The translations under genes and the position numbers were made by a program. A stretch of 64,000 bases of DNA from Octopus sinensis (Eukaryota): NCBI RefSeq assembly GCF_006345805.1, contig NC_043014.1, forward strand, positions 6,696,001-6,760,000, given 5' to 3'. Under the pieces are notes generated by a model, which did not search any database, had not been told where the DNA came from, and saw only the letters and a list, made by a program, of their open reading frames with translations. Of this stretch, positions 22,893-34,518 are shown piece after piece. Position 1 is the stretch's first letter; every line of letters begins with the position of its first letter.

Positions 22893-24110
22893 AAAAGACA
22901 TAGGTAGAAACTCTATAAGATGTACCCAGTGTAAGCTATGGACACATAAGGGGTGCAGCAATGTCAAAGGAAGTCTAACTAGGAAGATAGTTTTTGTATG
23001 TGGCAGATGCTCAGGAGCAATAAACACTGAAAATGTACAGAGAACAACTTCCGCCACATTCCAGGAAGAAAAACTAGAAATTATTGATAGCTTCCGTTAC
23101 CTAGGTGACTAAGTCAGTAGCGGGAGTGGGTGTGCTGAAAGTGTAGCTGCTAGAATAATAATAGCCTGGGCAAAGTTCAGAGAGCTCTTACCTCTGCTGG
23201 TAACAAAGGGCCTCTTGCTCAGAGTAAAAGGCAGACTACGGTGCATGTGTACGAACAGCCATGCTACATGGCAGTGAAACTTGGGCCATGACTGCTGAGG
23301 ATATGCGTAAGCTCGCAATGAATGAAGCCAGTAAGCTCCGATGGATGTGTAATGTCAGTGTGCATACTCGACAGAGTGTAAGTACCTTGAGAGAAAAGTT
23401 GCCCCTAAGAAGCATCAGTTGTGGTATGCAAGAGAGACAATTGCGCTGGTATGGTCATGTGGCAAGAATGGATGAGGATAGCTGTGTGAAAAAGTGCCAC
23501 ACCCTAGCGGTTGAGGGAACCTGTGGAAGAGGTAGACCCAGGAAAACCTGGGATGAGGTGGTGAAGCACAACCTTCGAACATTAGGCCTCACCGAGGCAA
23601 TGACTAGTGACCGAGACTTTTGGAAATATGCTGTGCATGAGAAGACCCGGCAGGACAAGTGAGACCATAACCCATGGCATTTACCAGGGATGATAGCCAG
23701 CCCACTTATGCATACCTTTCCTTCATTGGACACTAAACTCTGCTTGCAAAGACCTGTTGGAGCAAGTAAAATCGAAATTGAACCAAATTCGATGACTGGC
23801 ACCCGTGCCAGTGGAGTGGGGTCTCTGCCAGAGCGGCTGTCTGGCTTCCATGCCGGTGGCACATAAAAAGCATCATTTGAGCGTGATCATTACCAGCGTC
23901 GCCTTACTGGCACGTGAAAAAACTGTTGAGCGAGGTTGTTGCCAGTGCCACTGGACTGACTCCTGTGCATGTGGCATGTAAAAAACACCAATTCAAGCAT
24001 GGCCATCGCCAGACTGGCCCTCGTGCCGGTGGCACGTAAAAACACCCACTACACTCTCGGAGTGGTTGGCATTAGGAAGGGCATCCAGCTGTAGAAACTC
24101 TGCCAAATCA
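22893..24110 (+). mobile_element. RTE-clade LINE 3' portion (RT C-terminus + 3'UTR) in NIT2 intron 1
   Basis: Cys/His insert (GRNSIRCTQCKLWTHKGC...FVCGRC), DSFRYLGD, MLHGSETWA, LRWYGHVARM, GRGRPRKTW, stop at 23662, then a subrepeat 3'UTR. Confidence 0.9.
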
Positions 24111-24444
24111 GAGTGGATTTGATAGACAGAAACTGAAAGAAACCTGTTGTATATATAATATATATATATATATGTTTGTGTGTCTGTGTTTGTCCCACCA
24201 CTATCACTTGACAACCGATGTTGGTGTATTTACATCCCTGTAACTTGGCAGTTCAGCGAAAGAGTCTGATAGAATAAGTACTAGGCTTACAAAGAATAAG
24301 TCCTGTGGTCGATTTGTTCGACTAAAGGTGGTGCTCCAGCATGGCCGCAGTCAAATGACTGAAACAAGTAAAAGAATAAAAGAATGGCGGCATATCAAAC
24401 GCTGGAAGAAATGCAATCAAACATTTTCTCTGCCGATTCCAGTA

Positions 24445-24790
24445 ACAATCATCATCATCATCATCATCATCATTTAACGTCCACTTTCCATGCTGGCATG
24501 GGTTGGACAGTTCAACTGCGGTCTGGGAAGCCAGAAGGCTGCACCAGGCTCCAGTCTGATCTGGCAGTGTTTCTACAACTGGATGCCCTTCCTAACGCCA
24601 ACCATTCTGTGAGTGTTGTGGGTGCTTTTTACGTGCCAAACGAGTCTGGCAAACGGCCACGATCGGATGGTGCTTTTTATGTGCCACTGGCACAAGGGCC
24701 AGGCGAGGCTGGCAATGGCCACGATCGGATGGTGATTTTTACGTGCCACCGGCACGGAGGCCAGTCGGGGCGGCGCTGGCAACGCTATAA
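24445..24790 (-). mobile_element. RTE 3' end
   Basis: (CAT)n TTTAACGTCC...; a similar copy lies at 25462-25830. Confidence 0.75.
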
Positions 24791-25011
24791 TAATAGAAAT
24801 TAAGGGTTCCAAATTTCTGGCGCAAGGCCAGCAATTTTTGTGGGGTGGGTGTGGGGCGGTTTAGTTGATTACATTGACTTTTGACTCTTACTCTATTTTA
24901 TTGGTTCCTGAAGAATGAAAGACAAAGGTAACCTCAGCAAAATTGAAACTCAGAAGAAATACAGCAATTTGGTTTCCCATCACACTCCACATTTCTACCT
25001 GCTCACCATTG

Positions 25012-25212
25012 TATATATTTAGGGCTAAAAAATCCACAAGGTGGATAGCCATATGCTAGAAGAAGATCACATACGATCTAAATACAAAGAAAGAATGTTC
25101 TCCAGAGAAAATTCAGCAAACACCGAAGAACATTCTTTCTTTGTAGTTAGATCATATGTGATCTTCTAGCATATGGCTATCCACCTAGTGGATTTTTTAG
25201 CCCTAAATATAC
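25012..25212. mobile_element. Palindromic MITE (~88-bp arms), possibly hAT-derived
   Basis: TAGGGCTAAAAAATCCAC...AGAATGTTCT and its reverse complement; ~25-bp loop. Confidence 0.75.
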
Positions 25213-26229
25213 TCGTATTGGAATTTTTTCTAATTTTTCAGATTTTTTATATGCTGGGCTACTAGTTTTAAATCGCTATTAATTAAATTAATATTCAATT
25301 TATCTCCCTCATTATTTAAATGCTCACCATTGTAAATAGAAATATTAATAATCAATTCTTTTATTAGCCACAAGGGCTCACATAAAATAAACATTAAATG
25401 ACATGCAACAACCCAAAAGACAAAAACAGGACAATACAATAGGTTTTACGGCATATAAACAATCATCATCATCATTTAACGTCCGTTCTCCATGCTAGCA
25501 TGGGTTGGACGGTTCGACCGGGGATCTGAGAAGCCAGAAGGTTGCACCAGGCTCCAGTCTGATCTGGCAGTGTTTCTACAGCTGGTTGCCCTTCCTAATG
25601 CCAACCACTCCGTGAGTGTAGTGGGTGCTTTTTACGTGCCACCTGCACAGGTGCCAGGCGAGGCTGGCATCGGCCACGGTTGGATTGGTGCATTTTACGT
25701 GCCACCTGCACGGAAGCCAGTCGAGGCGGTGCTGACTTCGGCTATGATTCGGATAGTGCTTTTTACGTATCTCCAGTCCAGGGGTCCTGGCATGTGCCGG
25801 GTGCCAGTCATAGGATTGGTTCAATTTTGATTCCAACAATATATATAGAAAAACAATATATATAGAAAAACAATATATATAGAAATAACAAATTAAAACT
25901 GCCAATAGGGGAGGTGCTTTAAGGTCCTCATGGAGAAACACACAAAAGCCACGGGTGCCTGATCAACAGGGCAAGAACCCTTCTTTAATTCCCTTTTTAC
26001 AGGTGCATGCTCAGAATTGGTCCTTTCACACTGGCCCTTCTTCCAATATTCACCCAACTTTCAACAAACTTCCCTCTCCATCCTCAATTCCCTTTTCAAG
26101 GGAAACTTGAAAAGGTTGATGAGGGCCTGGCCAAAGAGGAAAGTGTCTGTCTTCAGCCCTTTCAAATAAGTCCACCATACTATGAGGAAGCTAGTAGTAC
26201 ATTGAACCCCAGTGTTTTACTGGTACTCA

Positions 26230-27425
26230 ATTTATCGACCCTGGAAGGATGAAAGGCAAAGTCGACCTCAGCAGAATTTGAACTCTGAACATAGCGGAGG
26301 GGATAGGCGATTACATCAACCCCAGTGCTTAACTGGTACTTAATTTATCGACCCTGAAAGGATGAAAAGCAAAGTTTACCTTGGTGAGATTTGAACTCTG
26401 AACGTAGCAGCAGACGAACTACCACTAAGCATGTCGCCGGGTGTGCTAATGAATCTGCCAACTCACTGTCTTAAATAATAATAATAATAATAGTCCTTTC
26501 TACAGGAAGCACAAGGCCTCAAATTTGGGGGAAGGGATTAAGTCGATTACATTGACACCAGTGCAAAACTAGTACTTATTTAATCGACCCCAAGAGTAAG
26601 AAAGGCAAAGTCAACCCTGGCAGAATTTGAACTCAGAACGTAGCGAAAGGCAAAATACCTATTTCTTTACTAACCACAAGGGGCTAAACACAGAGAGGAC
26701 AAACGGATTAAGTTGATTATATCGACCCCAGTGCGTAACTAGTACTTATTTAATCGACCCTGAAAGGATGAAAGACAAAGTTGACCTCGGCGGAATTTAA
26801 ACTCAGAATGTAGCGGCAGACGAAATATCTATTTCTTTACTACCCACAAGGGGCTAAACACAGAGAGAACAAACAAGGACAGACAGACGTATTAAGTCGA
26901 TTACATCAACCCCAGTACGTAACTGGTACTTATTTAATCGACCCCGAAAGGATGAAAGGCAAAGTCGACCTCGGCGGAATTTGAGCTCAGAACATAGCGG
27001 CAGACAAAATACCTATTTCTTTACTACCCACAAGGGGCTAAACACAGAGAGGACAAACAAGGACAGGCATAGGTATTAAGTCGATTACATCGATCCCAGT
27101 GCATAACTGGTACTTATTTAATCGACCCCAAAAGGATGAAAGGCAAAGTCGACCTCGGCGGAATTTGAACTCAGAACGTAGCGGCAGACGAAATACCTAT
27201 TTCTTAACTACCTACAAGGGGCTAAACCCAGAGAGGACAAACAAGGACAGACAAATGGATTAAGTCGATTACATTGACCCCAGTGCGTAACTGGTACTTA
27301 TTTAATCGACCCCAAAAGATGAAAGGCAAAGTCGACCTCGGCGGAATTTGAACTCAGACCATAGCTGCAGACGAAATACCGCCAGGCATTTCACCCGGCG
27401 TTCTAACGTTTCTGCCAGCTCACCA
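26230..27425 (-). repeat. SINE family B multimer (~6 units of ~180 bp)
   Basis: Repeated GAAATACCTATTTCTTTACTACCCACAAGGGG...GAACTCAGAACGTAGCGGCAGAC; one head at ~27385-27425. Confidence 0.85.
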
Positions 27426-27430
27426 TCTTA

Positions 27431-27511
<81 letters not shown>
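27431..27511. repeat. (AAT)n microsatellite
   Basis: Directly visible. Confidence 0.95.
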
Positions 27512-27739
27512 CCTTTCTATTATTGGCACAAGACCTGAGATTCTGGTGGGAGGGGACTAATTGATTACATTGACCCCAGTTCTTGACTGCTACTTATTTT
27601 GTCAACCCCGAAAGAAGAAAGTCAAAGTCCACCTTGGCACAATTTTCCAAGGCCCCACATTGGGATTCCCTGATCTGGGACTTTTCCATTTCCTCTCTTA
27701 CCTTAACCGTTTCTGTTTCTTTGTGTTTTATTTTCTCAG

Positions 27740-27855
27740 AACTGCGACTTGCTCTCATTCAACTGGCCGTTACCACTTCGAAAGAGGACAACCTGCGCAA
27801 TGCCTCCATCAAAATTGCCGAAGCAGCCAAAAGAGCTGACGTTGTTGCGCTACCC
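27740..27855 (+). CDS. NIT2: NIT2 coding exon 2 (116 nt)
   Basis: TTCTCAG acceptor; LRLALIQL...ADVVALP; GTAAGT donor. Confidence 0.92.
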
Positions 27856-27954
27856 GTAAGTAAGAATTACATTTCGGTTTTGACGGGATTCCAAACTCCA
27901 AGAAACAGTTAAAACAATTTTTGGAACAGAGATCTTTATCTTTTGTTTTTTATT

Positions 27955-28117
27955 TGTTTACGTTTCGGCTGATATACCCTCCAAGCCTTCATCAGGTGTC
28001 TTGGGGAAATTTCAAACCTGGGTTCTCATTCCTAAGGTATTTTCCGATGTTGTTGTTATTATTGTTATTATTATTATTATAATTATTATTCAGGTCACTG
28101 CCTGGAGTCGAACTTGG
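27955..28117 (-). mobile_element. Penelope-type pLTR fragment with a hammerhead core (antisense to NIT2)
   Basis: Minus strand reads GACAC-CTGATGA-A-GGCT...AGCC-GAAACGTA; inverted partner of 28142-28530. Confidence 0.65.
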
Positions 28118-28141
28118 AGAAGATCCATTACAACGGTTGGA

Positions 28142-28530
28142 AAAAAAAAATCCGAGTTCGATTCCAGGCAGTGACCTGAATAATAATAATAATAATCATC
28201 ATCATCATCATTTAACGTCCGTTTTCCAGGCTAGCATGGGTTGGACGGTTCGACCGGGGTCTGGGAAGCCAGGAGGCTGCACCAGGCTCCAGTCTGATCT
28301 GGCAGTGTTTCTACAGCTGGATGCCCTTCCTAACACCAACCAATAACAACAACAACAACAACATTGAAAAATACCTTAGGAACGAGAACCCAGGTTTGAA
28401 ATTTCCCCAAGAGACCTGATGAAGGCTGGAGGATATACCAGCCGAAATGTTGTGTTAACAACAAACAAGATGAGGACAAATATCCGTCAAGTGTAAATAA
28501 TGTATATAATTCCTCACCTCTTAAATATAG
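28142..28530 (+). mobile_element. Penelope-type pLTR fragment (sense) interrupted by an RTE tail (28197-28342)
   Basis: Reverse complement of 27955-28117 plus extension; third partial copy at ~31950-32075 (-). Confidence 0.65.
28411..28456 (+). ncRNA. Minimal type I hammerhead ribozyme motif in NIT2 intron 2
   Basis: GAGAC-CTGATGA(28416-28422)-A-GGCTGG/CCAGCC (6-bp stem II)-GAAA-TG-TT-GTGTT; one mismatch in stem I. Confidence 0.6.
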
Positions 28531-28568
28531 AAATGAACTCATACATGGAAATGATATATGTATCTTTT

Positions 28569-29144
28569 ACTCTTTTACTTGTTTCAGTCATTTGACTGCG
28601 GCCATGCTGGAGCACCGCCTTTGGTCGAGCAACTCGATCCCAGGACTTATTCTTTTGTAAGCCCAGTACTTATTCTATCGGTCTCTTTTGCCGAACCGCT
28701 AAGTAACGGGAACATAAACACACCAGCATCGGTTGTCAAGCAATGCTAGGGGGACAAACACAAACACACAAACATATACACACACATACATATATATATA
28801 TATATACGACGGGCTTCTTTCAGTTTCCGTCTACCAAATCCACTCACAAGGCTTTGGTCAGCCCGAGGCTATAGCAGAAGACACTTGCCCAAGGTGCCAT
28901 GCAATGGGAATGAACTCGGAACCATGTGGCTGGTAAACAAGCTACTTACCACACAGCCACTCCTGCGCCTATATACATATATACGACAGGCTTCTTTCAG
29001 TTTCCATCTACCAAATCCACTCACAAGGCTTTGGTCGGCTCAAGGCTATAGTAGAAGACACTTGCCCAAGGTGCCACACAGTGGGACTGAACCTGGAACC
29101 ATGTGGTTGGTAAGCAAGCTACTTACCACACAGCCACTCCTGCC
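28569..29144 (-). mobile_element. SINE family A with a duplicated 5' half
   Basis: Two successive head segments (ending ~28970 and ~29144) sharing one tail. Confidence 0.75.
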
Positions 29145-29457
29145 ATGGCGCTTTTTTTTTTTTTGTGATGTGTTTGCTTGCTTCCCCTCTCTTTAGAACC
29201 TGGTTATGCATCTGGTCGGGCCATGGAGAAATATCACCTTACTTGAAAACTGGTGAAGATTGGTGACAGTAAGGGCATCGAACTGTAGAAAATATGATCC
29301 TAAAAATTCCATCCGCTGCAAGCAAGCATGGAAAAGTGGACATTAAGATGAGGAGGATGGTGATGGAGATGAGGAGGATGTGATGTTGAAAGCCATGACA
29401 ACAGCAACAGCAACAACATGTGTGTTTGTTCTAAGTTTCCTTTTCTCTCCCTTCCAG

Positions 29458-29578
29458 GAATGCTTTAATTCTCCATATGGCACTGGTTACTTCAAAGAAT
29501 ATTCCGAGGAAATCCCCGGAGCTTCAACTGAAGTCTTAAGTAAAGCTGCAAAACAAAATAAAGTTTACGTAATTGGAG
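29458..29578 (+). CDS. NIT2: NIT2 coding exon 3 (121 nt; catalytic Glu is its first codon)
   Basis: TTCCAG acceptor; [21 protein letters not shown]...VYVIG; GTTAGT donor. Confidence 0.95.
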
Positions 29579-29670
29579 GTTAGTTGCATTTTTTTTATTT
29601 CTTTCCTTATCTATATGCCTGTCTAATTAAGAAATCGTTATCATAATAAATAGTAAAAAAAATCATTATA

Positions 29671-29821
29671 GGCGCAGGAGTGGCTGTGTGGTAAGTAGCT
29701 TGCTAACCAACCACATGGTTCCGGGTTCAGTCCCACTGCGTGGCATCTTGGGCAAGTGTCTTCTGCTATAGCCCCGGGCCGACCAATGCCTTGTGAGTGG
29801 ATTTAGTAGACGGAAACTGAA
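29671..29821 (+). mobile_element. SINE family A 5' half
   Basis: GGCGCAGGAGTGGCTGTGTGG...GACGGAAACTGA. Confidence 0.8.
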
Positions 29822-30006
29822 TGAAGGCTTGTATATTTGTTCTTACCTGTTTCATGTATGTATGTAAAATCCGCAAATTTCCAAGCAGAAAACGGAATAG
29901 AACTGTCATTTCCTTCCACGGAAATACCCAAAATGAAATGGTTTGATTATGTCGAATTATATTGAAGGAATGCCTTTTTTGTCTAACTATTTATCTCTTA
30001 CTCTTT

Positions 30007-30385
30007 ACTCTTTTACTTGTTTCAGTCATTTGACTGCGGCCATGCTGGAGCACCGCCTTTAATCGAGCAAATCGAGCCCGGGACTTATTCTATCGGTCTC
30101 TTTTGCTGAACTGCTAAGTGACGGGGACGTAAACACACCAGCATCGGTTGTCAGGCAATGCTAGGGGGACAAACAGAAACACAAACACATATACACACAT
30201 ATATATATATATATATACATATATACGACAGGCTTCTTTCAGTTTCCGTCTACCAAATCCACTCACAAGGCATTGGTCGGCCCGGGGCTATAGCAGAAGA
30301 CACTTGCCCAAGATGCCACGCAGTGGGACTGAACCCGGAACCATGTGGTTGGTTAGCAAGCTACTTACCACACACCCACTCCTAG
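30007..30385 (-). mobile_element. SINE family A
   Basis: Reverse-complement full-length copy. Confidence 0.8.
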
Positions 30386-30685
30386 CCTTACTATATATCT
30401 GCTTGCCTAAGTTTTTATCTGTATATCTATTTAACTATATATCTGCCTATCTAATTATCTGCTTTAAGGTAATGAGCTGGCAGAACCTTTAGCACTGCTG
30501 GACAAAATTCTTAGCATTATGTTCTGAGTTCAAATTCCACCAAGGTCATATTTGCCTTTCATCCCTTTCAGGGTCAGTAAAATAAATACCAGAAAATTGC
30601 TGGCCTTGTGCCAAAATTTAAAATCAGTACTTTGCTTATTTTCTAATGTTTTTTTTTCTTTTTATTATTTCATTTTCTATACAAG

Positions 30686-30774
30686 GTTCCCTTCCAGAAG
30701 CCAAGAATGGAAAACTGTTTAATACCTGCCCTGTTTTTAACCCGGATGGGGAGATGATTGCTCAGCATCAGAAG
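30686..30774 (+). CDS. NIT2: NIT2 coding exon 4 (89 nt; catalytic Lys is its last codon)
   Basis: ACAAG acceptor; GSLPEAKNGKLFNTCPVFNPDGEMIAQHQK; GTGAAA donor. Confidence 0.93.
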
Positions 30775-30817
30775 GTGAAATTCCATACAGTTTATTAGTT
30801 TCAATATCAGTTGGTTT

Positions 30818-33048
30818 GCATCATCAACATCATCGTCTGTTTTCCGTGCTGGCACGGGTTGGACGGTTCGACCGGGGATCTGGGAAGCCAGGGGCTGCAC
30901 CAGGCTCCAGTCTGATCTGGCAGTGTTTCTACAGCCGGATGCCCTCCCTAACGCCAACCACTCCGCAAGTGTAGTGGGTGCTTTTTACGTGCCACCGGCA
31001 CAGGTGCCAGGGGAGTCTGGCATCGGCCACAATTGGTTGGTGCTTTTAACGTGCCACCGGCACGGAAGCCTCCCAAGGCGGTGCTGGCATCAGCCATGTT
31101 TGGATGGTGCTTTTTATGTGCCACCGGCACAGAAGCCAGTCGAGGCGGCGCTGGCAACGGCCACGTTCGGATGGTGCTTTTTATGTGCCACTGGCACAGG
31201 TATCACAACTACTATTTCCATTGATATTTGTTTAGTTCTGCAAATTTAGACATTCACATCAAATTACTTTGGCGTAAAAAGCACCATTCAAGTGTGGTCG
31301 ATGCCTATACCGCCTGAGTGGCCCTTGCGCCAGTGGCACGTAAGAAGCACCCACTACATTCTCGGAGTGGTTGGTGTTAAGAAGGGCATCCAACTGTAGG
31401 AACATTGCCAGATCAGATTGGAGCCTGGTGCAGCCTACTGGCTTGCCCAGTCCTCAGTCAAACCGTCCAACCCATGCCAGCATGGAAGTGGACCTTAAAT
31501 AATGATGATGATGATGATGATGATGATGATATGTTTGTTCTATCAAATTACACCACCCTTCGCCTTTGGGTGCCTTGAATGATGTTCACATCATCATCAT
31601 CATTTAATATCCGTTTTCCATGCTGGCATGGGTTGGATGGTTTGACCAAAAACTGGTAAGCTAGGGAGCTGCACCAGGTTCCACCCTGATTTGGCAGGGT
31701 TTCTACAGCTTGATGCCCTTCATAATACCAACCACTCCAAAAATGTAATGGGTGCTTTTTACACACCACCAGCATGGGGGCCAGTTACGAAATCCTGGAA
31801 TTAGCCATGACTATGATTTCACGTGGCTTGACCGGTCTTTGGCCAGACTCCCTCGTCCTTGTTTCTTCCTCTACATTTTTTATTTTTTTCTATTGGATTG
31901 ATCACCATGAAGTCAAAACACACTCCCATATACATTATTTACATTCGACAGATATTTGTCCTCATCTTGTTTGTTGTTAACACAACATTTCGGCTAATAT
32001 ACCCTCCAGCCTCCTTCGACAAATATTCTTCAGATGTAAATAATGTACATAATTCCTCATCTCTTAAATATAGTGTCGCCTTACTGGCACTTGTGCCGGT
32101 GGCATGTGAAGAAAACATTCAAGCCTGGTCGTTGCCAGTGCCGCTGGACTGGCTCCTGTGCAGGTGAAAAGTAAAGAAGCACCGTTTCGACCCTTTGCTT
32201 GAGGAGACCTATTGAGTCAAGTGCATCAACATGAAAAATCAATGGAAATTGTAGTTGTGATCCCTGTGCCGGTGGCACGTAAAAAGCACCAACTGATCGT
32301 GGCCGTTGCCAGCGTTGCCTGGCCCCTGTGCTGGTATCAAGTAAAAAGCACCTACTATCCTCTCTCAGAGTGGTTGGCGTTAGGAAGGGCATCCAGCTGT
32401 AGAAACATTGCCAGATCAGATTGGAGCCTGATGAAGCCTTCTGGCTTCCCAGACCCCGGTCGAACCGTCCAACCCATGCTAGCATGGAAAACGGACGTTA
32501 AACGATGATGATGATGATGATGATGACTCCTATATACTTCTACTAAACTGGCTCCTGTTTCTTAGTGTCGGCTTGTCTCGTGTCACCTTCATTCGGTTAA
32601 TCCCAACATGCCCATCTCTCCTCCTCTTCTTATCACCTTCACTTTGTGTCCAGCATTGTCCGCAAGGACAGACGCTGCACTAATTATTATTAGTCAGCCT
32701 CTGTTCTTTCCGGAAATGTCCTCATTCAGGAATTCCTTCATTGCACCAGACTCTACTGCAGTCATCAGTTTGGAGCACTTCAACTGGAATGTCAACAGCT
32801 TCACTCACAATTCGAAGAGGCTGTAAGGGACAAGAGTAGAGGCATCTTCCCGCAGATCATCATCATCACCATCGTTTAACATCCATTTTCCATGCTGGCA
32901 TGGGTTGGAAGGTTTGATATGGAACTGGCCATCCAAGGAACTTTCCAGATTCCAATTGTCTGTTGGGGCATGGTTTCTACAGCTCGATGCCCTTCCTAAC
33001 GCCAACCACTCTACAGAATGTACTGGATGCTTTTTATGTGCCACCATG
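30818..33048. repeat. Cluster of five RTE 3' ends in alternating orientation (NIT2 intron 4)
   Basis: Approx. 30818-31230 (-), 31270-31530 (+), 31590-31800 (-), 32085-32525 (+), 32860-33048 (-). Confidence 0.75.
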
Positions 33049-33685
33049 TGAAGGCGCATGGCTCAGTGGTTAGAGTGTGGAGCTTATGATCGTGAGGTTG
33101 TGAGTTCGAATCCAGGACCGGGCTGCGTGTTGTGTTCTCGAGCAAGACACTTTATTTCACGTTGCTCCAGTTCACTCAGCTATAGAAATGAGGTATAGAG
33201 ATGAGCGTCACTGGTGCCAAGCTGTATCGGCCCTTTGCCTTTCCCTTGAATAACACTGGTGGCATGAAGAGGGGAGGCCGGTATGCATGGGTTTCCATAA
33301 ACAACCTTGCCCAGACTTGTGCCTGGGGGGGATAACTTTCTAGGTACAATCCCATGGTCAGTCATGACCGAAGGGGGGTCTCAGCATGGGTGAAATTACG
33401 CAGTACTGGCACAAGTGCATTTTATGTGGCGCCGGCACCAGAAAAGGACAAGCCTGTATGTATGGATGACAGCGATTCTACTTAGCTTGATGCATCTTTA
33501 CACTTTCCGCCTAAAGCAAGAATTTTTTCTCCATGGCAAACCACACTGAAAGGCCTCTTTACGGGTCAAATATGTCCCAGACACCTTTGTTCTGATCTAA
33601 AGTTTATTTAATAAGATTCTATGTTTCCTGCCTGAAAATGCTTCCTGGGAAATTAAAAACTTTTTATGTTTTCTTTTTAAACCAG

Positions 33686-33779
33686 GTACATTTATTTGAT
33701 ATTAATATTCCTGGGAAAATATCCTTCCAAGAGTCCAAGATTTTGAACGCCGGCAATAAATTGACTACATTTAATACAC
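33686..33779 (+). CDS. NIT2: NIT2 coding exon 5 (94 nt)
   Basis: ACCAG acceptor; VHLFDINIPGKISFQESKILNAGNKLTTFNT; GTGAGT donor. Confidence 0.95.
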
Positions 33780-33794
33780 GTGAGTTCAGTCTCC

Positions 33795-33980
33795 ATCGTC
33801 ACCATCATCATCATCATTATCATCGATATCATCATCATCAATGTCATAATCATTATCATCATCAACATTGTCATCACCATCATCATCATAATCATCATGC
33901 TCATCATCATCATCGTTGTCATCATCATCATCACCATCATCATTGTTGTCGTTGAATCATCATCATCATCATCATCACCA
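33795..33980. repeat. (CAT)n-type trinucleotide tract
   Basis: Directly visible. Confidence 0.9.
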
Positions 33981-34518
33981 TTTTTATATCTGCTTTTCCC
34001 ATTTTAGCACAGGTTGGACCAGACTTATTGTGGCCTGTTTCTCAGGCTTCTTTCAGTTTCCCTCCACCAAATCCACTCACAAGGCTTTGGTTGGTTTTTG
34101 GCTTTTGTAAAAGACACTTGCCCAAGGTGCTGTGCGTTGGTACCGAACACAGAACCATGTGGTTGGGAAGCAAGCTTCTTACCACACTACCACACCAGCA
34201 CTTATAATATGAGTAGAAAACAAAATTCAAATGCTCCAGCATGGCCACAGTCAAACTGGATCAGTGTGAAATAAAGTATCTTGCTGAAGAAGCAGTAGAG
34301 CATGTCATTTCCAAATTTCTGGCTGAGTGAATTGCGTCATGTTGCTGTTTTTCACACAGACGGTGCCCAACTGACCCTACTATACTGTGTAGTCAACAAA
34401 ATCAAAACCAAACAATGTACACATGCAAAATTAAAAATATAAAACTGCAACATTTTACCCATCACACCCTGTATATTTGTGTGTGTATATTATAAGTGAC
34501 GCCAGTGCAGCCTCCACT

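Noticed and set aside
33638-34007. Poly-His/poly-Met ORFs
   Set aside because: (CAT)n tract in NIT2 intron 5; the real exon ends at the GTGAGT donor (33780).
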